Positions 37,999 through 47,830 of a stretch of DNA of 64,000 nucleotides are shown one piece after another; the stretch's first letter is position 1, and each line of letters begins with the position of its first letter. The notes below the pieces were generated by a model, which was given only the letters and a program-made list of their open reading frames with translations, ran no database searches and was not told the origin of the DNA. A program made the position numbers and the translations under genes. The DNA is from Candidatus Methanomethylicia archaeon (GTDB lineage: Archaea; Thermoproteota; Methanomethylicia; Nezhaarchaeales; B40-G2), in NCBI GenBank assembly GCA_029259155.1, contig JAPDJI010000009.1, positions 1-64,000 on the forward strand, read 5' to 3'.

Positions 37999-38109
37999 AT
38001 GCCAGGGTTGGATATTTTGATAACGACTGGGTACGTACTGTCCGTAGTCGTACTAGTGCTTGGAGTGATCTACGGCGTCTACAAAGTTAAGCAATCGAGA
38101 GGTAGTTAA
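37999..38109 (+). CDS. Symporter small accessory peptide (36 aa, single TM; not in ORF track)
   Basis: GGGAGGT site, MPGLDILITTGYVLSVVVLVLGVIYGVYKVKQSRGS*; stop 2 nt before SSS #3. Confidence 0.82.
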   Translation: MPGLDILITTGYVLSVVVLVLGVIYGVYKVKQSRGS

Positions 38110-38111
38110 CA

Positions 38112-39638
38112 ATGATAGACGTCGCAATCATAGTCGCCTTATTGATAGTAGTCATAGCTATAGGCGTTAAAGGCTATGGTGTCAGCAGGTCGATGGAGGG
38201 TTACTTCCTAGCTAGCCGTGGCCTAGGAGCGTGGGTACTGGCCTTCTCCTTCATGGCCACCTACTTTAGCGCAGCCTCTTTCCTGGGCGGTGGAGGAACC
38301 ACCTACCTCTTCAACCTAGGCTTTGGCGCCTGGCTAACAGCATGGCATGTGGTAGGAGTAGTCCTAGCTTGGGCCTTAGTGGCTGAGAGGCTCTTCAAGT
38401 ACGCTAGCAAAACAGGGATCATAAGCATACCTGACTTCATAGAGCATAGATACCAGAGCAGGGCAGCTAAGGCGATAGCCGCTATCGTAATAATATTCCT
38501 CTTCACCCTCTACTTAACCAGCGTTTACAAGGGAGGGGCTATAATAATAGCCACGCTCTTCAACGTCTCATATGAGATGGGTCTACTCATACTGGCAGTA
38601 CCAGTGCTGATCTACATTGGTCTCGGAGGACTAAGGGCTGCGGCTCTAAATAACCTAATCCTAGGTATTCTAATGCTGGTCGCTGCTATCCTAACGTTCG
38701 GCTATGTGATGTCGGCGGTTGGAGGCTGGGGTGCTGGTATTGCAGCGTTGGAGCAGATGAGTATCCGAGCTCAGTTTGGACCTACAGCCCCTGTCATGGA
38801 GTTTCCAGGCTCTCTATGGCTCAAGTTTGACGGTTTCGGCCCACCGCCAGCCATGAGAATGGGTATGGTGCCAGCCCTGATAATGGGCATAACGTTCTCC
38901 ATAAGCGTAGCCCAAATAGCGCTACCAAACCTCTTAATGCAGTTCTACGCTGCTAGAGATATGAGGGTCATTAACTACGGTAGGATCATAGGGCCACTAG
39001 CTGTAGGTATATATGCGATGCTGATGTTCTCTCTGGGAGCCTTCTGCCACCTAATACTTGACCAAAACCTGACCCCTCTTGAAGTGGCAAGTTTGCTCAA
39101 GGATACCGACTGGGTGATACCCAAGACTGTGATGACGCTAGCGCCTGTAGGTCTAAGAGGACTTATCTTAGCAGCGGTCGTAGCCGCCTCCATGTCCACA
39201 CTCGCTGTAACCTTCATAGTGTTATCGGCAGCCCTCGTAAGGGACATTATTCAGACAACTCATCCAGAAACGAGCGAAGCGAAGCTAGTAAAGCTAGCTA
39301 GACTGACACCTATACTGTTCGCCATCATAGCTCTGGTACTAGCGATACAGCCCACTGGTATAATTGTTGAAATAGTTGGTGCAGCTTTCGGAACCATTTT
39401 CGTGTGCTTTGTGGGCCCTGTGACCATTGGGCTCTACTGGAAAGGTGCTACCAAGGCTGGAACCATAGTGTCTATGATCGCTGGGCTCATAGTTGGTCTA
39501 GGCTGGTACCTATTCCTCTACCGCGTAACCTGGATCTACCCAGTTATACCGGCGCTCGCAGTGGCTTTGCCGCTGTTCTTCATTGTCAGTTTGGTTACCA
39601 AGAAGCCTCCAAAGGAAGTGCTAGATGTCTTGGAGTGA
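38112..39638 (+). CDS. Sodium:solute symporter #3 (PanF/PutP-like)
   Basis: YFLASRGLG, MATYFSAASFLGGGG, AASMST, YWKGATKAG. Confidence 0.93.
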   Translation: MIDVAIIVALLIVVIAIGVKGYGVSRSMEGYFLASRGLGAWVLAFSFMATYFSAASFLGGGGTTYLFNLGFGAWLTAWHVVGVVLAWALVAERLFKYASKTGIISIPDFIEHRYQSRAAKAIAAIVIIFLFTLYLTSVYKGGAIIIATLFNVSYEMGLLILAVPVLIYIGLGGLRAAALNNLILGILMLVAAILTFGYVMSAVGGWGAGIAALEQMSIRAQFGPTAPVMEFPGSLWLKFDGFGPPPAMRMGMVPALIMGITFSISVAQIALPNLLMQFYAARDMRVINYGRIIGPLAVGIYAMLMFSLGAFCHLILDQNLTPLEVASLLKDTDWVIPKTVMTLAPVGLRGLILAAVVAASMSTLAVTFIVLSAALVRDIIQTTHPETSEAKLVKLARLTPILFAIIALVLAIQPTGIIVEIVGAAFGTIFVCFVGPVTIGLYWKGATKAGTIVSMIAGLIVGLGWYLFLYRVTWIYPVIPALAVALPLFFIVSLVTKKPPKEVLDVLE

Positions 39639-39671
39639 CGACGTAAGCGCTCCTCTAAATTCTTTTTTATT

Positions 39672-40223
39672 TCATGGTGTTTTTTGGCTACTGTTTTTCT
39701 TAAGCGTGAAGACAACATAGTTGTCAGCTACCTCTTCGAAGAATGGATTTGTATGAAGTATGTTGAGCGACAGGGATTCTACATATGCTTGAAGCCACTT
39801 AGACCATTTCTCCCCCCACTGATGTCTCAAGATTATCCTCAGCGAGTTCTCTTCGTCGAATACATACATTATAAACCAGTGGCAGTGGTCTTGGAGCACG
39901 GTCTTCATGAAAAACAGTACACCTTCAAGGTCAAGCTTCTTGCCACATAGAGGGATTAATTCTCTCGGTGTTTCAACCCCTCTTTTTCTTGCTATATTTC
40001 TTAGGTCTTCGCCGCTTAGCTTATCTAGAAGGCTGAGAAACGTGAGCCTATTTAACGCAATGGTGTCAAAATGCTCTCTATACCGTCCATATACAACATA
40101 GCCCTCTATTAAGCGGTTAACGAGGCTGTTAACGCTAATTCTCTGCCTTTCTGCCTCTTTCTCAAGTTCGTCTAATAGATGTTTATCTAGCCTAAAGGTT
40201 CGAGGTGTGGACATTTTTAACAC
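39672..40223 (-). CDS. Ribbon-helix-helix DNA-binding protein with a putative C-terminal ligand-binding domain
   Basis: RTFRLDKHLLDELEKEAERQRISVNSLVNRLI; C-terminal HQWGEKWSKW. Confidence 0.75.
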   Translation of the reverse strand: MLKMSTPRTFRLDKHLLDELEKEAERQRISVNSLVNRLIEGYVVYGRYREHFDTIALNRLTFLSLLDKLSGEDLRNIARKRGVETPRELIPLCGKKLDLEGVLFFMKTVLQDHCHWFIMYVFDEENSLRIILRHQWGEKWSKWLQAYVESLSLNILHTNPFFEEVADNYVVFTLKKNSSQKTP

Positions 40224-40314
40224 CTGTAATTCAAAGTACTACATTTAGTATACTTAAAGTTTAACTAAAAGGTTAGCTATCTTTTAGTGGTTAGCAGTGT
40301 AAGCTTTACATGAG

Positions 40315-41553
40315 GTGTTGATTATGCGTGGTAAGGCCATTCACTATGGATGGATCATTGTAGCGTTGGGCTTCTTATCTGTACTGGGTGCTCATGGCTT
40401 CGGTAGGTTTGCTTATTCATTGGTATTGAGGGACATGAAGCTTTCCTTAGACCTTACTTATGCTCAAATGGGTGATATAGCTTCAGCCAATTTCATCGGC
40501 TATTTAGCGTTAGCCACGATAGGGGGTGCGTTGGCCAGTAAGTATGGTTCTAGGAGGGTGATATCGATATCTGCCATGGTTATGGGGGTGACCATGATTC
40601 TAACGGGTCTTTCTCGCAGCTACTTTGAGGTTCTTGTGCTACGTTTTCTAACTGGGCTGGGGAATGGTAGCACGTACCTCCCCTCTATGGCCTTGCCCTC
40701 CATTTGGTTCGCCTTGAAGTATCGAGGTAGAGCTACTGGTTATGTGTCAGCTGGTATAGGCGTGGGTTTTGCCTTGGCTGGTGTCTTAGTGCCTCCTATT
40801 CTGGCTCTATATGCTCCTGAAGGATGGAGATATGTATGGTTCTACCTCGGCTCAGCTTTAATAGCCATCTCTATCGTAGATTTGATTTTCCTTAGGAATA
40901 GACCTGAAGATTTGGGGCTTAAACCTGTAGGTTTTGAGGAGTCAACACTTAGCCCTTCGCCTTCCAGTAGTTCTTCGCTTAGGTGGGGACTTGTGTATAA
41001 ATCAAAGGAGGTATGGTTTGTGGGACTAGTTTATTTCATGTATGGTTTCTCCTATATCATTTACGTCACGTTCTTCGCAGCTTACCTTGAAGATGTCTTT
41101 GGATGGAGTAAGGCGCTTGCTAGCAGTTTATGGTTTATGGTTGGTATGCTTAGTATCTTTAGCGGAGTGATCTGGGGATGGGTGTCGGATGTTTTGGGTA
41201 GGAAGTATGGTATGTGCCTGGCCTACTTGGTCTTAGCCTCCTCCTACCTGCTCTTTGCTATAGCTCTACCTCCATATGGCCTCTACGTGTCTGCTTTAGT
41301 TTTTGGATTGACGGCTTGGAGTATACCTACGGTGGCGGTGGTGGCTGCAGCTGACTATGTGAGCTCTGAACTTAGATCGGCGGCTGCAGGGTTTGTTACG
41401 TTTTTCTTCGGTGTGGGGCAAGTGTTGGGTCCTAAGGTGGCTGGACACGTAATTGATGTGATCGGTTTTCCTCCAGCTTTCATCATAGCTACGCTAGCTT
41501 CCCTTGTAGGCGCGTTTGGCTCTCTCTTGTTAAAGAAGCCTCGTAAAGGGTAG
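40315..41553 (+). CDS. MFS transporter (YbfB/YjiJ-like)
   Basis: GFGRFAYS, SANFIGYL, GWVSDVLGRK, GVGQVLGP; about 12 TMs. Confidence 0.92.
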   Translation: MLIMRGKAIHYGWIIVALGFLSVLGAHGFGRFAYSLVLRDMKLSLDLTYAQMGDIASANFIGYLALATIGGALASKYGSRRVISISAMVMGVTMILTGLSRSYFEVLVLRFLTGLGNGSTYLPSMALPSIWFALKYRGRATGYVSAGIGVGFALAGVLVPPILALYAPEGWRYVWFYLGSALIAISIVDLIFLRNRPEDLGLKPVGFEESTLSPSPSSSSSLRWGLVYKSKEVWFVGLVYFMYGFSYIIYVTFFAAYLEDVFGWSKALASSLWFMVGMLSIFSGVIWGWVSDVLGRKYGMCLAYLVLASSYLLFAIALPPYGLYVSALVFGLTAWSIPTVAVVAAADYVSSELRSAAAGFVTFFFGVGQVLGPKVAGHVIDVIGFPPAFIIATLASLVGAFGSLLLKKPRKG

Positions 41554-41599
41554 GTGGACATGGTGGTTTTATGGGAATCGTGAGCTGAGATGGGGAGTG

Positions 41600-42077
41600 T
41601 TGGTTTTTTCTTCGAGGTAGGCTTAATGATAAGGCTTTAGTGAGCGGTATGCCTATGACGAGGCAAGCAAGGGCTTCACCTATGCCTACGCCTGCATAGG
41701 CTAGAATCCATGGTACACCGAAGAGCAACGGTAGGTATGAACTACAATTAAGGTCACTATGATCACTGGGTATGATGCAGCAAGGCATATGTTTCCTCGA
41801 CTTAGCTTCGCGCTCATGTAGGCGGATGTGAAGTTGGCGAGCGATCCAAACAGCATATCTATGACACTACCTGTAGTATAGGCGTGGGCCACGATGCATC
41901 CTAAAGCCAGTCCTATGGCGGCAGGTACCCCTGTGATCATAGCTGTTGGTAATAATGCATCGGAGACTCTAACCTGCATGGGGCCGTAGGCTAATGGTCA
42001 ACCAAGAAGTGCTTCAACTAGAGTTATGGAGGCGTAGATGGCGGTTAAACTTATTTTTTTGAGCTTGTTTTTACCAC
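41600..42077 (-). pseudogene. queT: QueT (7-deazaguanine precursor transporter) pseudogene
   Basis: PLAYGPMQVRVSDALLP..GLALGCIVAH..DMLFGSLA..GIGEAL; frameshift in the A7 run (42054-42060), in-frame TGA at 41998-42000, second frameshift near 41741; 3' end approximate. Confidence 0.85.
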
Positions 42078-42082
42078 TCCTG

Positions 42083-42156
42083 CTTCCTCCCAACACCGGG
42101 GTTTGTGTCATCGCGGAACGGGTGGGAGGGCCCACTCATCCGCTCGTGGTGAGGCT
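42083..42156 (-). ncRNA. Structured 5' leader of queT, SscA-like RNA (candidate riboswitch)
   Basis: GCCUCACC ACG AGCGG AUGA GUGGG CCCU CCCAC CCGUU CCGCG AUGA CAC AAACCCCG GUG UU GGGAGG: nested stems, two AUGA bulges, closing stem covering GGGAGG; TTTTATAT box at 42173-42180. Confidence 0.7.
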
Positions 42157-42263
42157 TCTTACCGCTCTAGTGATATAAAAGCTCAGGTTCAGGTCAAATA
42201 TGTATGGATCGAGGCTCATGGGGTCATCTGCTTCATGTTTTCGAGAGGTTTATAAAAAGAGGT

Positions 42264-43352
42264 TTATGGTGTGAGGAGTTTCTTGGTTAGTGCACCGCCG
42301 AGTGCTAGTGAAGCTAAAACTATGAACGGCCCTGTAATGTATAATGCAGCGGTCAAGGCGTATAGAGATGTCAAGTGTATAATTACTGCCGCTACAAGAG
42401 TCTCTATAAGCCATTTTATTTTGATAGGTAGTTTCAACCTTCTTCTTTTAGTTAGGGCGGCAGCGGCTATTAATGGCCAGCTGTAAGTTAAGCCTATGAG
42501 TACGCCAGCAGTTATGCCCGCCATGATTACGGCCAGCTCGCTATTGAAGGATAATATGCCGTAAACCTGTCTAGCTACTATGAGGTCTCCTATCAATGGG
42601 TAGAGCATTGCCTTAACGGTGTTCCTTAAAAGTTCATTTCCTCTTTCAGCGCTAGCTACATAGGGGCTCCAAGAGTAGTACCAAACGTTAAATACCTCCA
42701 TAAATCTTTGTCCACCAACGGTCTTCAGGACGTCCTCGTCCCTAAAGCTTCTCAGGAACTGTACTGGGCCTGCTAGCTCGCTTCCAAAGGCAGCTGTAGC
42801 TATGAGGCAGCCTCCTCCTTCACCGCCTGATGGAGCTGGGGTAGATACCTCTACGGTAAGAGAGCTGGTGGCCACGTTAGCAATGCTTTGGAAGTTTTCG
42901 TCGACGAGGGCTACGCTAACAACTTCAATATTCTTCGAGCCGCTTTGTGCCTCGCTATTTACTTGGAAGGTAAGGGTCAACAGCGTTCCTGTCGGTGTAG
43001 GAGGTGTGGTACTTCCACGCCTAGCTATGGCGTAAAGGATAGTTCCTGGGCTTTCAATGTCCTCTAAACCCACTACTGGGTCGTCTCCTAAGAGGTCACC
43101 TATTTGAGCATTGATTAACGTAAAGGCATCTTGATCGTAAGAGATGTTAATTTCACATGCACTTATACCATATCCATGAGGGTTAACCATTATGTTGACC
43201 TCAAATTGTTGACCTGGCTCAACTTGGATCGTTGAAGGCTCAAAGTACACTTCTACTGCCTGTGCTATTACTGAGCCAGCTAGGATTGTGGGTATTAGCA
43301 GTAGAGCTATGAACATTGAAAGCCTGATGGTTTTTGCCTTTAGCTTCTCCAA
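42264..43352 (-). CDS. Secreted/surface protein: signal peptide + cohesin domain + CFI-box-CTERM membrane anchor
   Basis: VEPGQQFEVNIMV..ISYDQ..GTLLTLTFQV (cohesin); GGGCLIATAAFGSELAGPVQFLRSFRD..FNVWYYSWSP. Confidence 0.82.
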   Translation of the reverse strand: MEKLKAKTIRLSMFIALLLIPTILAGSVIAQAVEVYFEPSTIQVEPGQQFEVNIMVNPHGYGISACEINISYDQDAFTLINAQIGDLLGDDPVVGLEDIESPGTILYAIARRGSTTPPTPTGTLLTLTFQVNSEAQSGSKNIEVVSVALVDENFQSIANVATSSLTVEVSTPAPSGGEGGGCLIATAAFGSELAGPVQFLRSFRDEDVLKTVGGQRFMEVFNVWYYSWSPYVASAERGNELLRNTVKAMLYPLIGDLIVARQVYGILSFNSELAVIMAGITAGVLIGLTYSWPLIAAAALTKRRRLKLPIKIKWLIETLVAAVIIHLTSLYALTAALYITGPFIVLASLALGGALTKKLLTP

Positions 43353-43933
43353 GTTTCATCCCTAAGCCCTACTTAATCATCGAAGACCCTTTAAGCCTTC
43401 TTAATATTTTAGTGGCTTATAGCAGCGCTTATACTACACGTGCCAGGCACACTGCCAACATAGTCAGCCAAGCTCATACTATCATTAGACTCAACCTCCT
43501 GAGTGGTGACTACGCTTCCAACCGCCATCGCGAAAAACGTTAAGAGTGCTATTGCTATATTCATTATCGACCTATCTTTTTTCTATGTTTTTATTTCCTC
43601 ATACTTGAATGGGAGGTTAGACGATAGGGTTTATTTCATTTTCTCACAGGCTTAGAGAGCGATGCTTTCTATATGTTTAAAGGTACATGGATGAACAAGT
43701 GTGGTTGATTCCTTCACTAATTTATGGTAGTATAGTTATTTTTCATAGGCCCTTCCAGTTTTATGAACCTGCTCTGCCAATCTACCTATGGAGCTGGTTT
43801 GGGATCTATAGGGTCATCGCTAGATTGATTCATGGAATTTAGGCCCTAATTCGTTACGTAAGCATGCTTGCATTATTGGCGTTTAGACTTAGGATAAGGT
43901 TAAATAAAGATTAAGTTGGGATGCATTGTTGAT

Positions 43934-45688
43934 TTATGTTCTTGAAGCCTTTAGCTTCTTTCTGAGCTCGTCGGTGGCTTTGAGATCTAAAGACATGGTT
44001 TTTGGATCTATTACTACTCCATAGAATTCTTTCGCCTTCTCAAGGGAAACGAATCCGTTGCGTACGTCTTCTAGGACTAGTTGTGGGTCTCTTTCTAATG
44101 GGTCTCCGTAACCGCCTCCTCCCGGTACTAGGCATCTAACTAAGCTGCCTGGAGGAACTACGGCTATCTTTCTTGGGTCTAAGCGCTGCTCGTTTGGTGT
44201 ACCCGGGTTTAATATGAACTCTGACTTGGAGCCAGGTAAGCCTCCGAAGAGCCCTGGTGGACCGAACTCTATCCAGTCGACGACATTAACTATGGTGCAT
44301 GGCTTATCGGTAAGTATTCTGAAGTCTACTATGAGGCCGCAGCCTCCACGATACTTCCCTGCTCCTCCTGAGTCCTGTAGGATCTCTAAGCGCTCGATTC
44401 TTAGCGGGTTAGCGGTCTCTGTAACCTCCACGGGGGTGTTCTCGGCTCTGGGTGGGAAGGCGAAAGCGTGGATTCCATCCTTATTAGGCCTAGCGCCCAA
44501 GCCGCCTGAATGCATAGCCACATGTATGAAAGGCCTTCCTGTCCTTGGGTTGATGCCTGAGAACTGAGGCATGTTACTTTCTCCTCCGCTGGCGGCTAAG
44601 ACACGGTCAGGTATGGCTAAGGATAATGCACCGCAGACGGTGGCGTTTACATGCCATGATAACACGTGCCTAGCTCCTACGGCAGCTGGGAAGTTGGCGT
44701 TTACGATGGTTCCTTCAGGCGCGTAGACCTCGATGGGTCTGAGAGCCCCTTCGTTGAAGGGCAGCTCCGGTGTGAGAGCTCCTTTTATCGCATGGATGGT
44801 ATAGGCGTAGGTGTAGTTGAAGGGACTATTGAGGCCGCTATCAGTCTGGGGTGAAGTCCCGGTCCAGTCTACCTTCATCTGGGGGCCTTTGGCCTCTATG
44901 GTCACCTTCATCTTTAACGTGGTGCCTGGCTGAGGTCCATCGAAAACGTGCTCCCACGTGTAGGTTCCTTTAGGTACGCTCTCCAGCGCTTTCCTTGTGG
45001 CCTCCTCCGTGATGGTTATGATAGCCTTGGCTAAGTCAGTGAGGTCCTCTAGCTTAGCGTCTTTCATGAACTCCTTGAGCCTGCGCTCGGCTACGAAGTT
45101 AGCTGCCAGCTGGGCCTTAATGTCGTTAAGTAGAGTCTTAGACATCCTTACGTTGGCGGTTATCATCTTTAAGGTGTCTTCGTTGGGCTTGCCGGCCTTG
45201 TAGAGCTTATGCATAGGTATGAGGATGCCTTCCTCGAAGATTATCCTCGAGTCAGCTATGTGGCCTCCTGGTGCTCGGCCACCTATGTCTGAGTGGTGGG
45301 CGATGTTTAGGGCGAACGCTACGAGTTTCCCTTCGTGGAAGATGGGTGAGATCATTACTAGGTCTGGTAGGTGGCCTGAGCCTAGCCAGGGATTGTTGGT
45401 GGCGATTACGTCGCCTGGCTCTAAGGTCTCAGGTGGGTACTCCTCGAAGAGGCTTTTCATGATTTTAGGCACAGAGCCTAAGTGTCCTGGGCTTCCTACC
45501 CAGTCGGTTTGTGCGAGCATGTTTCCTTCAGCGTCGAACACAGCGCAGGAGAAATCGTTGGCTTCTCTTATCAGCTCAGAGTAAGCGGTGCGTTTCAAGG
45601 TTATGGACATCTCTTCGACTACGGAGAGCAGCCCTCCCCATAGGATCTCAAGCCTTACAGGGTCAAAACCATAAGCCACCTCTACCAC
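43934..45688 (-). CDS. Hydantoinase B/5-oxoprolinase family subunit
   Basis: RTAYS..REANDFSCAVFD, GHLPD, HHSDIGG, SGGAGKYRGG, PGGGGYGDPLERD. Confidence 0.93.
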   Translation of the reverse strand: MVEVAYGFDPVRLEILWGGLLSVVEEMSITLKRTAYSELIREANDFSCAVFDAEGNMLAQTDWVGSPGHLGSVPKIMKSLFEEYPPETLEPGDVIATNNPWLGSGHLPDLVMISPIFHEGKLVAFALNIAHHSDIGGRAPGGHIADSRIIFEEGILIPMHKLYKAGKPNEDTLKMITANVRMSKTLLNDIKAQLAANFVAERRLKEFMKDAKLEDLTDLAKAIITITEEATRKALESVPKGTYTWEHVFDGPQPGTTLKMKVTIEAKGPQMKVDWTGTSPQTDSGLNSPFNYTYAYTIHAIKGALTPELPFNEGALRPIEVYAPEGTIVNANFPAAVGARHVLSWHVNATVCGALSLAIPDRVLAASGGESNMPQFSGINPRTGRPFIHVAMHSGGLGARPNKDGIHAFAFPPRAENTPVEVTETANPLRIERLEILQDSGGAGKYRGGCGLIVDFRILTDKPCTIVNVVDWIEFGPPGLFGGLPGSKSEFILNPGTPNEQRLDPRKIAVVPPGSLVRCLVPGGGGYGDPLERDPQLVLEDVRNGFVSLEKAKEFYGVVIDPKTMSLDLKATDELRKKLKASRT

Positions 45689-45691
45689 CTC

Positions 45692-47758
45692 CTATAAGGT
45701 TATGAGCACGTTTCCGTAATCATCCATGGTTACCTTCGCTCCTGGGACTACCACGGTCGTGGACTCCCTCTCCTCTATGATAGCTGGCCCTTCTACTTCT
45801 ACGCCTGGATACATCTTGTAGCGGTCGTAGACCTTGCAGTCTACGTATTCGTTGTACTCAGAGAAGTATACTTTCCTGGTTCCCTTAAGTGGGTCTCGAC
45901 GCTCTGCGGATAGCTTCTTGAACTTTACCCTAGGTACCTTTCCTACGGCGAGTAGCCTCCAGTTAACAGCCTCGATAGGGTCGCCGGTGACGTATCCGTA
46001 GGCTTCCTCATACACCTTCGTGAACCTCGCCTCTAGCTCCTTCACAACTCCTTCGTTAAGCTCTCCTTCAGGCAGCCTAACGTTCAGCTCGTAGGCTTGT
46101 CCTACATACCTTAGGTCGACGGTCCTGATCATCTCGTAATCGGTCACGCCAGCTATCTTGAGTAGCCTTAGCCCTTCCTCCTCCATCTCGCTGTATAAGC
46201 GCTTAACGTAGCTCCAGTCTATTTTATCAATTCTTGAGACGTACGTCTTGACGAAGTCGAACTTGACGTCAGCGGCCAGCAAACCTACAGCTGAAGCGAC
46301 GCCTGCGAGCGTGGGGATAACTACTTTCTTAATCTTCAACTGCTGGGCCATCCTGACAGCGTGGAGTGGGCCTGCGCCTCCGAAGGCTATGAGGGCGAGG
46401 GTTCCAGGGTCTCTTCCTCTCTCCACGGACACTGCTCTCATGGCTCTAGCCATGTTCGCGACGACGACGTCGTAGATTCCTCGAGCAGCCTCCACCAAGC
46501 TCATGCCTAACGGCTTGGCTACTTTTTCCTCTATTGCCTTCGCAGCTTTTTCAGGGTATAGCTTCATCTCTCCTCCTAAGAAGTACTCAGGGTTTAAGTA
46601 TCCGAGCACGAGGTTAGCGTCGGTTACGGTGGGTTCCTGCCCTCCCAGACCATAGCAAGCTGGGCCTGGGTCGGCTCCAGCGCTTTGAGGGCCTACTTTT
46701 AATAGGCCCATCTCTACGTGGGCTATGCTTCCTCCTCCAGCGCCTATCTCTATGAGGTCCACGGTCGGTACTTTCACAGGGTAGCCGCTCCCCTTCTTGA
46801 ACCTGTAACCTCCTACTTCGAAGATTGTGGTTATCCTTGGTTCGCCGTGCTCGATAAGGCAGCACTTAGCTGTGGTTCCTCCCATGTCGAAGGATAGCAG
46901 GTTCTCCTCGCCCATCAACCTCCCTATGAACGCTCCTGCTAACGCTCCTGCTGCGGGACCTGACTCGAGTAGTCTGACGGGGAATCGCGCTGCGGTCTCT
47001 ACGGCCATGGTTCCTCCGCCAGCGGACATGATGAAGAGCCTTCCGGCACACTCCTCTTTCTTTAAGCCCTCCTCCATGGTTCTGAGGTAACTCTCTGTCT
47101 TAGGCTGGGTGTAGGCGTTTACTACCGTTGTGGAGAGCCGCTCGTATTCTCTCCATTCAGGCAATACTGAGGAGGAGATGGATACGAAAACGTTGGGGAA
47201 CTCCTTCTTTATCAGCTCCTCTACTTCTTGTTCATGCTTGGGGTTGGCGTACGAGTGTATGAAACAGACGGCTATGGCCTCTACTCCCATGTCTACTAAT
47301 TCCTTCACCACTGCCTTCACGTTGTCTATGTTGAGTGGTTTAACGACGCTGCCGTCGAAGTCTACCCTCTCGTCCACTTCCTTCCTTAGGTATCTGGGAA
47401 TTAAGGGAGGTAGGCGTTCCTCAAAGAAGTCGTATTGCGTAACTCGCCGTTCACGGTCTATTTCCAATATGTCCTTAAACCCTTTAGTGGTTATGAGCCC
47501 TGTCACTGCTCCTTTATGTTCGATGACCGTGTTTGTCACTACGGTGGTGGCGTGGATTACTGCGGTTAGCTGAGAAGGATGAACATTATTTTCTCGAAGG
47601 ATCCTACGGAATCCTTCGAAGGCTCCTATAGAAGGGTCTTGTGGTGTGGAGAGGACCTTACCAACACTTACCTCACCGGTTTCTTCGTTTATCAGTACTA
47701 AGTCTGTGAAGGTCCCGCCGATATCTATGCTCAATCTAAAACGTTTAGTTGGGCTCAA
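45692..47758 (-). CDS. Hydantoinase A/5-oxoprolinase ATP-binding subunit
   Basis: IDIGGTFTD, HATT, ESGPAAG, DMGGTT, GAGGGS, SAGADPGPACYG, FGGAGPLH. Confidence 0.94.
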   Translation of the reverse strand: MSPTKRFRLSIDIGGTFTDLVLINEETGEVSVGKVLSTPQDPSIGAFEGFRRILRENNVHPSQLTAVIHATTVVTNTVIEHKGAVTGLITTKGFKDILEIDRERRVTQYDFFEERLPPLIPRYLRKEVDERVDFDGSVVKPLNIDNVKAVVKELVDMGVEAIAVCFIHSYANPKHEQEVEELIKKEFPNVFVSISSSVLPEWREYERLSTTVVNAYTQPKTESYLRTMEEGLKKEECAGRLFIMSAGGGTMAVETAARFPVRLLESGPAAGALAGAFIGRLMGEENLLSFDMGGTTAKCCLIEHGEPRITTIFEVGGYRFKKGSGYPVKVPTVDLIEIGAGGGSIAHVEMGLLKVGPQSAGADPGPACYGLGGQEPTVTDANLVLGYLNPEYFLGGEMKLYPEKAAKAIEEKVAKPLGMSLVEAARGIYDVVVANMARAMRAVSVERGRDPGTLALIAFGGAGPLHAVRMAQQLKIKKVVIPTLAGVASAVGLLAADVKFDFVKTYVSRIDKIDWSYVKRLYSEMEEEGLRLLKIAGVTDYEMIRTVDLRYVGQAYELNVRLPEGELNEGVVKELEARFTKVYEEAYGYVTGDPIEAVNWRLLAVGKVPRVKFKKLSAERRDPLKGTRKVYFSEYNEYVDCKVYDRYKMYPGVEVEGPAIIEERESTTVVVPGAKVTMDDYGNVLITL

Positions 47759-47830
47759 GCGTTCTCCTCTCCTCTACTTATGAGGGAGGACTAGGGTTCA
47801 AGAGTTTATAAATTTTATAGTAGGTGATGG

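Noticed and set aside
41998-42000. TGA read-through in queT
   Set aside because: Two further frameshifts show general decay
43353-43933. Long AT-rich gap as a mobile element or ncRNA
   Set aside because: No terminal repeats, transposase remnant or convincing structure seen
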